A stretch of 64,000 nucleotides of DNA from Lama glama (taxonomy: Eukaryota): positions 56,422,001 to 56,486,000 of the forward strand of contig CM052817.1 in assembly GCA_028534125.1 (NCBI GenBank), in the 5' to 3' direction. Below are positions 63,729 through 64,000 of this stretch, in pieces. Below the pieces are notes generated by a model. It did no database searches and was not told the DNA's origin. It saw nothing but the letters and a program-made list of their open reading frames with translations. A program made the translations under genes and the position numbers. Numbering within the stretch: position 1 is the stretch's first letter; each line of letters opens with the position of its first letter.

Positions 63729-64000
63729 AAAAAAAGAAAAATATTAATGTCTTCTTAGTATAAATATAGAATGTTTAATAAATGCATGGTTGATATAAGA
63801 AATGAAAAACCAATCATTTAATATTTTATAATATTTTTCACACCAGTATTGCTTCCATGATAGTTCTATGTTCAAGGTTTGACAGCTAAGTAATACAAAA
63901 TAATAAGGAAAAAAAAAAACTTTTCCTTTAACTTAAAAGCAAAAGGAACTGGCTGTCTGAGAATGATTGGAAACACTAATACTGTCAAGTCACAGAAGGC

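Overview
This is AT-rich, CpG-depleted mammalian DNA. It is very probably from a camelid, because it carries a tRNA-Ala-derived Vic-1-type SINE and cetartiodactyl-type L1 3' ends. I found no intact protein-coding gene or recognisable coding exon. The window looks like a gene desert or a large intron filled with old and younger L1, L2, MIR, MaLR/ERVL/ERV1 solo LTRs and DNA-transposon MITEs, and it has two 500-N assembly gaps. Most ORFs in the track are spurious or repeat-derived. The notable locus is a composite minus-strand retro-sequence at about 12.57-13.79 kb. An intronless retinoid X receptor gamma (RXRG) ligand-binding-domain pseudogene is interrupted, at the ICHAA|ADK codons, by a 5'-truncated polyadenylated RPL9 retrocopy and a further ~50-nt unidentified polyadenylated fragment. 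Secondary observations are a CpG-retaining ~85-nt hairpin followed by a T-run, an apparently L1-retroposed MLT1 transcript with target-site duplications, several internally deleted or chimeric L1s, and candidate minus-strand non-coding exons or enhancers in a repeat-poor block. I see no convincing novel biological system. Repeat family names are from memory of consensus sequences and boundaries are approximate.
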